Below are positions 33,001-48,000 of a DNA stretch of 64,000 nucleotides, one piece after another. The notes beneath the pieces were generated by a model. That model had not been told where the DNA came from. It saw nothing but the letters and a program-made list of their open reading frames with translations, and did no database searches. Position numbers and translations under genes: made by a program. Every line of letters starts with the position of its first letter. Position 1 is the first letter of the stretch. The DNA is from the human T2T-CHM13v2.0 reference genome, Homo sapiens: the NCBI RefSeq assembly GCF_009914755.1, contig NC_060948.1. One strand, 5' to 3'.

Positions 33001-36000
33001 TGGAAAGGAATGCAATGATTTCCATGGAATGGAATCGAATGGCATCGAATGTAATGGAATGGAATGCAATGGAATGGAATGTATTAGAATGTAATGAACT
33101 TTAATGGAATGTACTCGAATGGATTCGACTGGAATGGAATGTTCTGGAAGTGAATGGACTCCAATGGAATGGATTCGAAAGGAATGGAATCGTACGGAAT
33201 GGTATCCAATGGAATGGAATTAAATGGAAATGAATCAAATTGAATAGCACGGAATTGAATTGAATGGAATCGAATGCAATGGAATCTAATGAAACGGAAA
33301 GGAAAGGAATGGAATGGAATGGAATGGGCTGGAATGGAATGGAATCGAAACGAATGGAATGGAATCGAACTGAAGAGACTGGAATGGAATGCACTGGAAT
33401 GGAAGGGAGTGTAATGGAAGGTTCTCGAAAAAAATGGAATCGAATGGAATGGAATTGAATGGAACGGAATAGAGTCGAATGGAATTGAATGGAATGGAAT
33501 GGACTAGAGTGAAATGGAATCGAACCACAAGGAATGGACAGGAATAGAATGGTCTCGAATTGAATGGAATCGTATGGAATGGCATCAAACGGAATGGAAT
33601 GGACAGCCACGGAATGGAATGCACTCGAATGCAATGGAGTCGAAACTAATGGACTGGAATAGAATGGACTCGACTGGTACGGACTCCAATGGAATGGAAT
33701 CGAATGGAAGGGAATCGAACGGAATGGACTCGAAGGGAAAAGACTGCAATGGAAAGGTCTCAAATGGAATGGAAATTAATGGAATGGAATGGAATCGAAT
33801 GAAATGGAGTCAAAAGGAATGGAATCGAATGGCAAGAAATCGAATGTAATGGAATCGCAAGGAATTGATGTGAACGGAACGGAATGGAATGGAATCCAAA
33901 GGAATGGAATAGAATGGAATGGAATCGAATGGAAAGGACTCGAATGGAAATCACTCGAATAGAATGCAATTTAATAAAATACGATCAAATGTAATGGAAT
34001 GGAATGGAAAGGAATTGAAACGAAAGGAATGGAGACAGATGGAATGGAATGGAACAGAGAGCAATGGTATAGAATGGAATGGAATCATCTGGAATGGAAT
34101 TGAATGGAATTGAATAACATGAAATGGAATGGAATGGAATGGAATGCCCTTGAATTAAATGGACTGGAATGGAATGGACTCGAACAGAGTGGAATGGAAA
34201 GTTTTGAAATAGAATGGAACGGACTCCCTTGGAATGGTCTAGTATGCAATGCAATCGACTGGCAGGGAATCAAAAGGAATGCAATCGAATGGATTGGACT
34301 GGAATGCAATAGACTCGAATAGATTGGAAACGGAATGCAAAGGAATGGAATGGAATAGTATGGAATGGAATGGAAAGGAATGGAGTGGAATAGACTAGAG
34401 TGGAATGGAATGGACTGGAAAGCAATGGACTGGAATGGAACTTTCTTGAATGGACTGGAATCAAACGGAATGGAATGCAATGCAATCAAATGGCATGGAA
34501 TAAAATAGAATGAAAGAGAATCAAACGGAATTGAATCGAATGGAATCGAATGGATTGGAAAGGAATAGAATGGAATGGAATGGAATTGACTCAAATGGAA
34601 TGGACTAGAATGGAATGGATTCGAATGGAAGGCAAAGGAATGGAATCTATTGGAATGGACTGTAATGGAATGGAATGGAAGGGATTGGAATGGACTCGAA
34701 TGGAATGGACTGCAATAGAAAGGATTCGAATGGAATGAAAAAGAATTGAATGGAATAGAACAGAATGGAATCAAATCGAATGAAATGGAATGGAATAGAA
34801 AGGAATGGAATGAAATGGAATGGAAAGGATTCGAATGGAATGCAATCGAATGGAATGGAATCGAACGGAATGTAATAAAATGGAAGAAAACTGGCAAGAA
34901 ATGGAATCGAAATGAATGGAGTGTTATGGAACGGACTCAAAAGGAATTGAATGTAATAGAATGGAGTGGAGTGGACTCGAATATAATGGACTGGAATGGA
35001 ATGAAATCACATGGAATGGGAACGAATGGAATGGAATGGATAGGAATGGAATCAAATGGAAAGGAATCGAATGGAAGGGAATGAAATTGAATCAACAGGA
35101 ATGGAAGGGAATAGAATAGACGGTAATGGAATGGACTCGAATAGAATGCACACAAATGCTCAAATTGAATGGACTCGAATGGAATGGAAACGAAAGGAAT
35201 GTCATCGAATGGAATTGAATCGATTGGAATGAAATCGCATAGAATGGAGTGGAATCAAATGGAATTGAATCGAAAGGAAAGGAAGCGAATGGACTGAAAT
35301 GAAATGGAATGGAATTGAATGGAAAGTAATGCAATGGAATAGAATGGAACGAAATTTCATGGAATGGAATCAAACTGAATGGAATCAAATCAATGGAATC
35401 AAATCAAATGGAATAGAAAGGAATTGAATGGAGTAGATTGGATTGGATGGGATTGGAATGAAATGTACTGGAAAGGACTCGAATTTCATGAAACGGAATG
35501 GAATGAATTGGAACGGAATGGACTCGAATGGAATGGAATGTCATGGAATGGCATCAAACGGAATGGCATCAAATGGGATGGAATCGAATGCAATGGAATG
35601 CTATGGAATGGAATGGAATGCATTGGAATGGAATGTCCTCTAATGGAATGGATTCGGGTGGAATGGAATCGAATATAATGGAGTCGAATGAAATGGAATT
35701 GAAAGGAATGGGATCGAATACAATGGAATATACTGGATTGTAACGTAATGAACTCGAATGTAATTGACTCGAATGGAATGTACATGAAAGGAATGTAACC
35801 GAATGGAAAGTAATCCAATGGAATAGAATCTAATGCAATAAAATCGACTGTAATAGAATAGAATGTAATGGAATGGAGTGCAGTGCAATGGAATGGAATG
35901 GAATGGAATGGAATGGAATGGAATGGAATGGAATGGATTGGAATGCAATGGGATGGAATGGTATGGAATGGATAGTAATGGACTGGAGTGAAATGGACTG

Positions 36001-39000
36001 GAAAGGAATGGACTCAAATTGAAAGGGCTCGAAAGGAATGGAGTCAAATGGAATGGTCTGGAATGGAATGAACACGAATGTAATGCAATCCAATAGAATG
36101 GAATCGAATGGCATGGAATATAAAGAAATGGAATCGAAGAGAATGGAAACAAATGGAAAGGAATTGAATGGAATGGGAACGAATGGAGTGAAATTGTATG
36201 CAGTAGAAGAGAATAGAATGGAATGGAAGCGAAAGGAAAGGAATGGATTGGAATGGAATGGAATTCATTGGAATGGAAGGGAATGTAGTGTAATGGACAG
36301 GCCTGGAATAAAGTGGAATGCTACGGTCTCGAATGGAATAAAAATGTATGGAATGGAATGCAATGAAACGGAATCGAATGTCATAGAATGTAATGGAATG
36401 CAAAAAAATGGACTCCAAAATCATTGACTGGAAAGGCTGGGTGTCGAAAGGAATTGACTCCAATGGAATGGAATCGAATGGAATGGAAGTGAATAGAATC
36501 GAACTAAATCGAATGGAATGGAATTGATAGGAACGGAATGGAAAGGAATGCAATGATTTCCATGGAATGGAATCGAATGGCATCGAATGGAATGGAATGG
36601 AATGCAATGGAATGGAATGTATTAGAATGTAATGAACTTTAATGGAATGTACTCGAATGGATTCGACTGGAATGGAATGTTCTGGAAGTGAATGGACTCC
36701 AATGGAATGGATTCGAAAGGAATGGAATCGTACGGAATGGTATCCAATGGAATGGAATTAAATGGAAATGAATCAAATTGAATAGCACGGAATTGAATTG
36801 AATGGAATCGAATGCAATGGAATCTAATGAAACGGAAAGGAAAGGAATGGAATGGAATGGAATGGGCTGGAATGGAATGGAATCGAAACGAATGGAATGG
36901 AATCGAACTGAAGAGACTGGAATGGAATGCACTGGAATGGAAGGGAGTGTAATGGAAGGTTCTCGAAAAAAATGGAATCGAATGGAATGGAATTGAATGG
37001 AACGGAATAGAGTCGAATGGAATTGAATGGAATGGAATGGACTAGAGTGAAATGGAATCGAACCACAAGGAATGGACAGGAATAGAATGGTCTCGAATTG
37101 AATGGAATCGTATGGAATGGCATCAAACGGAATGGAATGGACAGCCACGGAATGGAATGCACTCGAATGCAATGGAGTCGAAACTAATGGACTGGAATAG
37201 AATGGACTCGACTGGTACGGACTCCAATGGAATGGAATCGAATGCATGGGAATCGAACGGAATGGACTCGAAGGGAAAAGACTGCAATAGAAAGGTCTGG
37301 AATGGAATGGAAATTAATGGAATGGAATGGAATCGAAGGAAATGGAGTCAAAAGGAATGGAATCGAATGGCAAGAAATCGAATGTAATGGAATCGCAAGG
37401 AATTGATGTGAACGGAACGGAATGGAATGGAATCCAAAGGAATGGAATAGAATGGAATGGAATCGAATGGAAAGGACTCGAATGGAAATCACTCGAATAG
37501 AATGCAATTTAATAAAATAGGATCAAATGTAATAGAATGGAATGGAAAGGAATCGAAACGAAAGGAATGGAGACAGATGGAATGGAATGGAACAGAGAGC
37601 AATGGTATAGAATGGAATGGAATCATCTGGAATGGAATTGAATGGAATGGAATAACATGAAATGGAATGGAATGGAATGGAATGCCCTTGAATTAAATGG
37701 ACTGGAATGGAATGGACTCGAACAGAGTGGAATGGAAAGTGTTGAAATAGAATGGAATGGACTCCTTTGGAATGGTCTAGTACGCAATGCAGTCGACTGG
37801 CAGGGAATCAAAAGGAATGTAATCGAATGGATTGGACTGGAATGCAATGGACTCGAATAGATTGGAAACGGAAATCAAAGGAATGGAATGGAATAGTATG
37901 GAATGGAATGGAAAGGAATGGAGTGGAAAAGACTAGAGTGGAATGGATTGGACTCGAAAGCAATGGACTGGAATGGAACTTTCTTGAATGGACTGGAATC
38001 AAACGGAATGGAATGCAATGCAATCAAGTGGCATGGAATAAAATAGAATGAAAGAGAATCAAATGGAATTGAATCGAATGGAATCGAATGGATTGGAAAG
38101 GAATAGAATGGAATTGACTCAAATGGAATGGACTAGAATGGAATGGATTCGAATGGAATCTATTGGAATGGACTGTAATGGAATGGAATGGAAGGGATTG
38201 GAATGGACTCGAATGGAATGGACTGCAATAGAGAGGATTCGAATGGAATGAAAAAGAATTGAATGGAATAGAACAGAATGGAATCAAATCGAATGAAATG
38301 GAATGGAATAGAAAGGAATGGAATGAAATGGAATGGAAAGGATTCGAAAGGAATGCAATCGAATGGAATGCAATCGAAAGGAATGGAATCGAACGGAATG
38401 GAATAAAATGGAAGAAAACTGGCAAGAAATGGAATCGAAATGAATGGAGTGTTATGGAACGGACTCAAAAGGAATTGAATGTAATAGAATGGAGTGGAGT
38501 GGACTCGAATATAATGGACTGGAATGGAATGAAATCACATGGAATGGGAACGAATGGAATGGAATGGAAAGGAATGGAATCGAATGGAAAGGAATCGAAT
38601 TGAAGGGAATGCAATTGAATCAACAGGAATGGAAGAGAATAGAATAGACGGTAATGGAATGGACTCGAATAGAATGGACACGAATGCTCAAATTGAATGG
38701 ACTCGAATGGAATGGAAACGAAAGGAATGTCATCGAATGGAATTGAATCGATTGTAATGAAATCGCATAGAATGGAGTGGAATCAAATGGAATTGAATCG
38801 AAAGGAAAGGAAGCCAATGGACTGAAATGAAATGGAATGGAATTGAATGGAAAGTAATGCAATGGAATAGAATGGAACGAAATTTCACGGAATGGAATCA
38901 AACTGAATGGAATCAAATCAATGGAATCAAATCAAATGGAATGGAAAGGAATTGAATGGAGTAGATTGGATTGGATGGGATTGGAATGAAATGTACTGGA

Positions 39001-42000
39001 AAGGACTCGAATTTCATGAAACGGAATGGAATGAATTGGAACGGAATGGACTCGAATGGAATGGAATGTCATGGAATGGCATCAAATGGAATGGCATCAA
39101 ATGGAATGGAATCGAATGCAATGGAATGCTATGGAATGGAATGGAATGCATTGGAATGGAATGTCCTCTAATGGAATGGATTCGAGTGGAATGGAATCGA
39201 ATATAATGGAGTCGAATGAAATGGAATTGAAAGGAATGGGATCGAATACAATGGAATATACTGGAATGTAATGTAATGAACTCGAATGTAATTGACTGGA
39301 ACGGAATGTACATGAATGGAATGTAATCGAATGGAAAGTAATCCAATGGAATAGAATCTAATGCAATAAAATCGACTCAGATAGAGTAGAATGTAATGGA
39401 ATGGAGTGCAGTGCAATGCAATGGATTGGAATGGAATGCAATGGCATGGAATGGAATGGAATGGAATGGAATGGGATGGAATGGGATGGAATGGTATGGA
39501 ATGGATAGTAATGGACTGGAGTGAAATGGACTGGAAAGGAATGGACTCAAATTGAAAGGGCTCGAAAGGAATGGAGTCAAATGTAATGGTCTGGAATGGA
39601 ATGAACACGAATGTAATGCAATCCAATAGAATGGAATCGAATGGCATGGAATATAAAGAAATGGAATCGAAGAGAATGGAAACAAAGGGAATGGAATTGA
39701 ATGGAATGGAATTGAATGGAATGGGAACGAATGGAGTGAAATTCTATGCAGTAGAAGGGAATAGAATGGAATGCAAGCGAAAGGAAAGGAATGGATTGGA
39801 ATGGAATGGAACTCATTGGAATGGAAGGGAATGTAGTGTAATGGATAGGCCTGGAATAAAGTGGAATGCTCCGGTCTCGAATGGAATAAAAATATATGGA
39901 ATGGAATGCAATGAAACGGAATCGAATGTCATAGAATGTAATGGAATGCAAAAAAATGGAATCCAAAATCATTGACTGGAAAGGCTGGGTGTCGAAAGGA
40001 ATTGACTCCAATGGAATGGAATCGAATGGAATGGAAGTGAATAGAATCGAACTAAATCAAATGGAATGGAATTGATAGGAACGGAATGGAAAGGAATGCA
40101 ATGATTTGGCATGGAATGGAATCGAATGACATCGAATGGAATTTAATGGAATGCAATGGAATGGAATGTATTAGAATGTAATGAACATTAATGGAATGTA
40201 CTCGAATGGATTCGACTGGAATGGAATGTTCTGGAAATGAATGGACTCCAATGGAATGGATTCGAAAGGAATGGAATCGAACGGAATGGAATCTAATGGA
40301 ATGGAATTAAATGGAAATGAATCAAATTGAATAGCACAGAATAGAATTGAATGGATTCGAATGCAATGGAATCTAATGAAACGGAAAGGAAAGGAATGAA
40401 ATGGAATGGAATGGGCTGGAATGGAATGGAATCGAAACGAATGGAATGGAATCGAACTGAAGAGACTGGAATGGAATGCACTGGAATGGAAGGGAGTGTA
40501 ATGGAAAGTTCTCGAAAAAAATGGAATCGAATGGAATGGAATTGAATGGAACGGAATAGAGTCGAATGGAATTGAATGGAATGGAATGGACTAGAGTGAA
40601 ATGGAATCGAACCACAAGGAATGGACAGGAATAGAATGGTCTCGAATTGAATGGAATCCTATGGAATGGCATCAAACGGAATGGAATGGACAGCCACGGA
40701 ATGGAATGAACTCGAATGCAATGGAGTCGAAACTAATGGACTGGAATAGAATGGACTCGACTGGTACGGACTCCAATGGAATGGAATCGAATGGAAGGGA
40801 ATCGAACGGAATGGACTCGAAGGGAATAGACTGCAATGGAAAGGTCTCGAATGGAATGGAAATTAATGGAATGGAATGGAATCGAATGAAATGGAGTCAA
40901 AAGGAATGGAATCGAATGGCAAGAAATCGAATGTAATGGAATCGCAAGGAATTGATGTGAACGGAACGGAATGGAATGGAATCCAAAGGAATGGAATAGA
41001 ATGGAATGGAATCGAATGGAAAGGACTCGAATGGAAATCACTCGAATAGAATGCAATTTAATAAAATAGGATCAAATGTAATGGAATGGAATGGAAAGGA
41101 ATCGAAACGAAAGGAATGGAGACAGATGGAATGGAATGGAACAGAGAGCAATGGTATAGAATGGAATGGAATCATCTGGAATGGAATTGAATGGAATGGA
41201 ATAATAGGAAATGGAATGGAATGGAATGGAATGCCCTTGAATTAAATGGACTGGAATGGAATGGACTCGAACAGAGTGGAATGGAAAGTGTTGAAATAGA
41301 ATGGAATGGACTCGTTTGGAATGGTCTAGTATGCAATGCAATCGACTGGCAGGGAATCAAAAGGAATGTAATGGAATGGACTGGACTGGAATGCAATGGA
41401 CTCGAATAGATTGGAAACGGAATGCAAAGGAATGGAATGGAATAGTATGGAATGGAATGGAAAGGAATGGAGTGGAATAGACTAGAGTGGAATGGAATGG
41501 ACTCGAAAGCAATGGACTGGAATGGAACTTTCTTGAATGGACTGGAATCAAACGGAATGGAATGCAATGCAATCAAATGTCATGGAATAAAATAGAATGA
41601 AAGAGAATCAAATGGAATTGAATCGAATGGAATCGAATGGATTGGAAAGGAATAGAATGGAATGAAATGGAATTGATTGAAATGGAATGGACTAGCATGG
41701 AATGGATTCGAATGGAAGGCAAAGGAATGGAATCTATTGGAATGGACTGTAATGGAATGGAATGGAAGGGATTGGAATGGACTCGAATGGAATGGACTGC
41801 AATAGAAAGGATTCGAATGGAATGAAAAAGAATTGAATGGAATAGAACAGAATGGAATCAAATCGAATGAAATGGAATGGAATAGAAAGGAATGGAATGA
41901 AATGGAATGGAAAGGATTCGAATGGAATGCAATCGAATGGAATGGAATCGAACGGAATGGAATAAAATGGAAGAAAACTGGCAAGAAATGGAATCGAAAT

Positions 42001-45000
42001 GAATGGAGTGTTATGGAACGGACTCAAAAGGAATTGAATGTAATAGAATGGAGTGGAGTGAACTCGAATATAATGGACTGGAATGGAATGAAATCACATG
42101 GAATGGGAACGAATGGAATGGAATGGAAAGGAATGGAATCGAATGGAAAGGAATCGAATGGAAGGGAATGAAATTGAATCAACAGGAATGGAAGGGAATA
42201 GAATAGACGGTAATGGAATGGACTCGAATAGAATGGACACGAATGCTCAAATTGAATGGACTCGAATGGAATGGAAACGAAAGGAATGTCATCGAATGGA
42301 ATTGAATCGATTGGAATGAAATCGCATAGAATGGAGTGGAATCAAATGGAATTGAATCGAAAGGAAAGGAAGCGAATGGACTGAAATGAAATGGAATGGA
42401 ATTGAATGGAAAGTAATGCAATGGAATAGAATGGAACGAAATTTCACGGAATGGAATCAAACTGAATGGAATCAAATCAATGGAATCAAATCAAATGGAA
42501 TGGAAAGGAATTGAATGGAGTAGATTGGATTGGATGGGATTGGAATGAAATGTACTGGAAAGGACTCGAATTTCATGAAACGGAATGGAATGAATTGGAA
42601 CGGAATGGACTCGAATGGAATGGAATGTCATGGAATGGCATCAAATGGAATGGCATCAAATGGAATGGAATCGAATGCAATGGAATGCTATGGAATGGAA
42701 TGGAATGCATTGGAATGGAATGTCCTCTAATGGAATGGATTCGAGTGGAATGGAATCGAATATAATGGAGTCGAATGAAATGGAATTGAAAGGAATGGGA
42801 TCGAATACAATGGAATATACTGGAATGTAATGTAATGAACTCGAATGTAATTGACTGGAATGGAATGTACATGAATGGAATGTAATCGAATGGAAAGTAA
42901 TCCAATGGAATAGAATCTAATGCAATAAAATCTACTCAGATAGAGTAGAATGTAATGGAATGGAGTGCAGTGCAATGGAATGGAATGGAATGGAATGCAA
43001 TGGAATGGAATGGAATGGAATGGAATGGAATGGAATGGAATGGAATGGGATGGAATGGTATGGAATGGATAGTAATGGACTGGAATGAAATGGACTGGAA
43101 AAGAATGGACTCAAATTGAAAGGGCTCGAAAGGAATGGAGTCAAATGGAATGGTCTGGAATGGAATGAACACGAATGTAATGCAATCCAATAGAATGGAA
43201 TCGAATGGCATGGAATATAAAGAAATGGAATCGAAGAGAATGGAAACAAATGGAATGGAATTGAATGGAATGGAATTGAATGGAATGGGAACGAATGGAG
43301 TGAAATTGTATGCAGTAGAAGAGAATAGAATGGAATGCAAGCGAAAGGAAAGGAATGGATTGCAATGGAATGGAATTCATTGGAATGGAAGGGAATGTAG
43401 TGTAATGGACAGGCCTGGAATAAAGTGGAATGTTACGGTCTCGAATGGAATAAAAATGTATGGAATGGAATGCAATGAAACGGAATCGAATGTCATAGAA
43501 TGTAATGGAATGCAAAAAAATGGAATCCAAAATCATTGACTGGAAAGGCTGGGTGTCGAAAGGAATTGACTCCAATGGAATGGAATCGAATGGAATGGAA
43601 GTGAATAGAATCGAACTAAATCGAATGGAATGGAATTGATAGGAACGGAATGGAAAGGAATGCAATGATTTGGCATGGAATGGAATCGAATGGCATCGAA
43701 TGGAATGGAATGGAATGCAATGGAATGGAATGTATTAGAATGTAATGAACATTAATGGAATGTACTCGAATGGATTCGACTGGAATGGAATGTTCTGGAA
43801 GTGAATGGACTCCAATGGAATGGATTCGAAAGGAATGGAATCGAATGGAATGGAATCTAATGGAATGGAATTAAATGGAAATGAATCAAATTGAATAGCA
43901 CGGAATTGAATTGAATGCAATCGAATGCAATGGAATCTAATGAAACGGAAAGGAAAGGAATGGAATGGAATGGAATGGGCTGGAATGGAAAGGAATCGAA
44001 ACGAATGGAATGGAATCGAACTGAAGAGACTGGAATGGAATGCACTGGAATGGAAGGGAGTGTAATGGAAGGTTCTCGAAAAAAATGGAATCGAATGGAA
44101 TGGAATTGAATGGAACGGAATAGAGTCGAATGGAATTGAATGGAATGGAATGGACTAGAGTGAAATGGAATCGAACCACAAGGAATGGACAGGAATAGAA
44201 TGGTCTCGAATTGAATGGAATCGTATGGAATGGCATCAAACGGAATGGAATGGACAGCCACGGAATGGAATGCACTCGAATGCAATGGAGTCGAAACTAA
44301 TGGACTGGAATAGAATGGACTCGACTGGTACGGACTGCAATGGAATGGAATCGAATGGAAGGGAATCGAACGGAATGGACTCGAAGGGAAAAGACTGCAA
44401 TGGAAAGGTCTCGAATGGAATGGAAATTAATGGAATGGAATGGAATCGAATGAAATGGAGTCAAAAGGAATGGAATCGAATGGCAAGAAATCGAATGTAA
44501 TGGAATCTCAAGGAATTGATGTGAACGGAACGGAATGGAATGGAATCCAAAGGAATGGAATAGAATGGAATGGAATCGAATGGAAAGGACTCGAATGGAA
44601 ATCACTCGAATAGAATGCAATTTAATAAAATAGGATCAAATGTAATGGAATGGAATGGAAAGGAATAGAAACGAAAGGAATGGAGACAGATGGAATGGAA
44701 TGGAACAGAGAGCAATGGTATAGAATGGAATGGAATCATCTGGAATGGAATTGAATGGAATGGAATAATATGAAATGGAATGGAATGGAATGGAATGGAA
44801 TGCCCTTGAATTAAATGGACTGGAATGGAATGGACTCGAACAGAGTGGAATGGAAAGTGTTGAGATAGAATGGAATGGACTCCTTTGGAATGGTGTAGTA
44901 TGCAATGCAATCGACTGGCAGGGAATCAAAAGGAATGTAATGGAATGGATTGGACTGGAATGCAATGGACTCGTATAGATTGGAAACGGAATGCAAAGGA

Positions 45001-48000
45001 ATGGAATGGAATAGTATGGAATGGAATGGAAAGGAATGGAGTGGAATAGACTAGAGTGGAATGGAATGGACTGGAAAGCAATGGACTGGAATGGAACTTT
45101 CTTGAATGGACTGGAATCAAACGGAATGGAATGCAATGCAATCAAATGGCATGGAATAAAATAGAATGAAAGAGAATCAAATGGAATTGAATCGAATGGA
45201 ATCGAATGGATTGGAAAGGAATAGAATGGAATGGAATGGAATTGACTCAAATGGAATGGACTAGAATGGAATGGATTCGAATGGAAGGCAAAGGAATGGA
45301 ATCTATTGGAATGGACTGTAATGGAATGGAATGGAAGGGATTGGAATGGACTCGAATGGAATGGACTGCAATAGAAAGGATTCGAATGGAATGAAAAAGA
45401 ATTGAATGGAATAGAACAGAGTGCAATCAAATCGAATGAAATGGAATGGAATAGAAAGGAATGGAATGAAATGGAATGGAAAGGATTCGAATGGAATGCA
45501 ATCGAATGGAATGGAATCGAACGGAATGGAATAAAATGGAAGAAAACTGGCAAGAAATGGAATCGAAATGAATGGAGTGTTATGGAACGGACTAAAAAGG
45601 AATTGAATGTAATAGAATGGAGTGGAGTGGACTCGAATATAATGGACTGGAATGGAATGAAATCACATGGAATGGGAACGAATGGAATGGAATGGAAAGG
45701 AATGGAATCGAATGGAAAGGAATCGAATGGAAGGGAATGAAATTGAATCAACAGGAATGGAAGAGAATAGAATAGACGGTAATGGAATGGACTCGAATAG
45801 AATGGACACGAATGCTCAAATTGAATGGACTCGAATGGAATGGAAACGAAAGGAATGTCATCGAATGGAATTGAATCGATTGGAATGAAATCGCATAGAA
45901 TGGAGTGGAATCAAATGGAATTGAATCGAAAGGAAAGGAAGCGAATGGACTGAAATGAAATGGAATGGAATTGAATGGAAAGTAATGCAATGGAATAGAA
46001 TGGAACGAAATTTCACGGAATGGAATCAAACTGAATGGAATCAAATCAATGGAATCAAATCAAATGGAATGGAAAGGAATTGAATGGAGTAGATTGGATT
46101 GGATGGGATTGGAATGAAATGTACTGGAAAGGACTCGAAATTCTTGAAACGGAATGGAATGAATTGGAACGGAATGGACTCGAATGGAATGGAATGTCAT
46201 GGAATGGCATCAAATGGAATGGCATCAAATGGAATGGAATCGAATGCAATGGAATGCTATGGAATGGAATGGAATGCATTGGAATGGAATGTCCTCTAAT
46301 GGAATGGATTCGAGTGGAATGGAATCGAATATAATGGAGTCGAATGAAATGGAATTGAAAGGAATGGGATCGAATACAATGGAATATACTGGAACGTAAT
46401 GTAATGAACTCGAATGTAATTGACTGGAATGGAATGTACATGAATGGAATGTAATCGAATGGAAAGTAATCCAATGGAATAGAATCTAATGCAATAAAAT
46501 CGACCCAGATAGAGTAGAATGTAATGGAATGGAGTGCAGTGCAATGGAATGGAATGCAATGGAATGCAATGGAATGGAATGGAATGGAATGGAATGGAAT
46601 GGAATGGAATGGGATGGAATGGTATGGAATGGATAGTAATGGACTGGAATGAAATGGACTGGAAAAGAATGGACTCAAATTGAAAGGGCTCGAAAGGAAT
46701 GGAGTCAAATGGAATGGTCTGGAATGGAATGAACACGAATGTAATGCAATCCAATAGAATGGAATCGAATGGCATGGAATATAAAGAAATGGAATCGAAG
46801 AGAATGGAAACAAATGGAATGGAATTGAATGGAATGGAATTGAATGGAATGGGAACGAATGGAGTGAAATTGTATGCAGTAGAAGAGAATAGAATGGAAT
46901 GCAAGCGAAAGGAAAGGAATGGATTGCAATGGAATGGAATTCATTGGAATGGAAGGGATTGTAGTGTAACGGACAGGCCTGGAATAAAGTGGAATGCTAT
47001 GGTCTCGAATGGAATAAAAATGTATGGAATGGAATGCAATGAAACGGAATCGAATGTCATAGAATGTAATGGAATGCAAAAAAATGGAATCCAAAATCAT
47101 TGAATGGAAAGGCTGGGTGTCGAAAGGAATTGACTGCAATGGAATGGAATCGAATGGAATGGAAGTGAATAGAATCGAACTAAATCGAATGGAATGGAAT
47201 TGATAGGAACGGAATGGAAAGGAATGCAATGATTTGGCATGGAATGGAATCGAATGGCATCGAATGGAATGGAATGGAATGCAATGGAATGGAATGTATT
47301 AGAATGTAATGAACATTAATGGAATGTACTCGAATGGATTCGACTGGAATGGAATGTTCTGGAAGTGAATGGACTCCAATGGAATGGATTCGAAAGGAAT
47401 GGAATTGAACGGAATGGAATCTAATTGAATGGAATTAAATGGAAATGAATCAAATTGAATAGCACGGAATTGAATTGAATGGAATCGAATGCAATGGAAT
47501 CTAATGAAACGGAAAGGAAAGGAATGCAATGGAATGGAATGGGCTGGAATGGAAAGGAATCGAAACGAATGGAATGGAATCGAACTGAAGAGACTGGAAT
47601 GGAATGCACTGGAATGGAAGGGAGTGTAATGGAAGGTTCTCGAAAAAAATGGAATCGAATGGAATGGAATTGAATGGAACGGAATAGAGTCGCATGGAAT
47701 TGAATGGAATGGAATGGACTAGAGTGAAATGGAATCGAACCACAAGGAATGGACAGGAATAGAATGGTCTCGAATTGAATGGAATCGTATGGAATGGCAT
47801 CAAACGGAATGGAATGGACAGCCACGGAATGGAATGCACTCGAATGCAATGGAGTCGAAACTAATGGACTGGAATAGAATGGACTCGACTGGTACGGACT
47901 CCAATGGAATGGAATCGAATGGAAGGGAATCGAACGGAATGGACTCGAAGGGAAAAGACTGCAATGGAAAGGTCTCGAATGGAATGGAAATTAATGGAAT

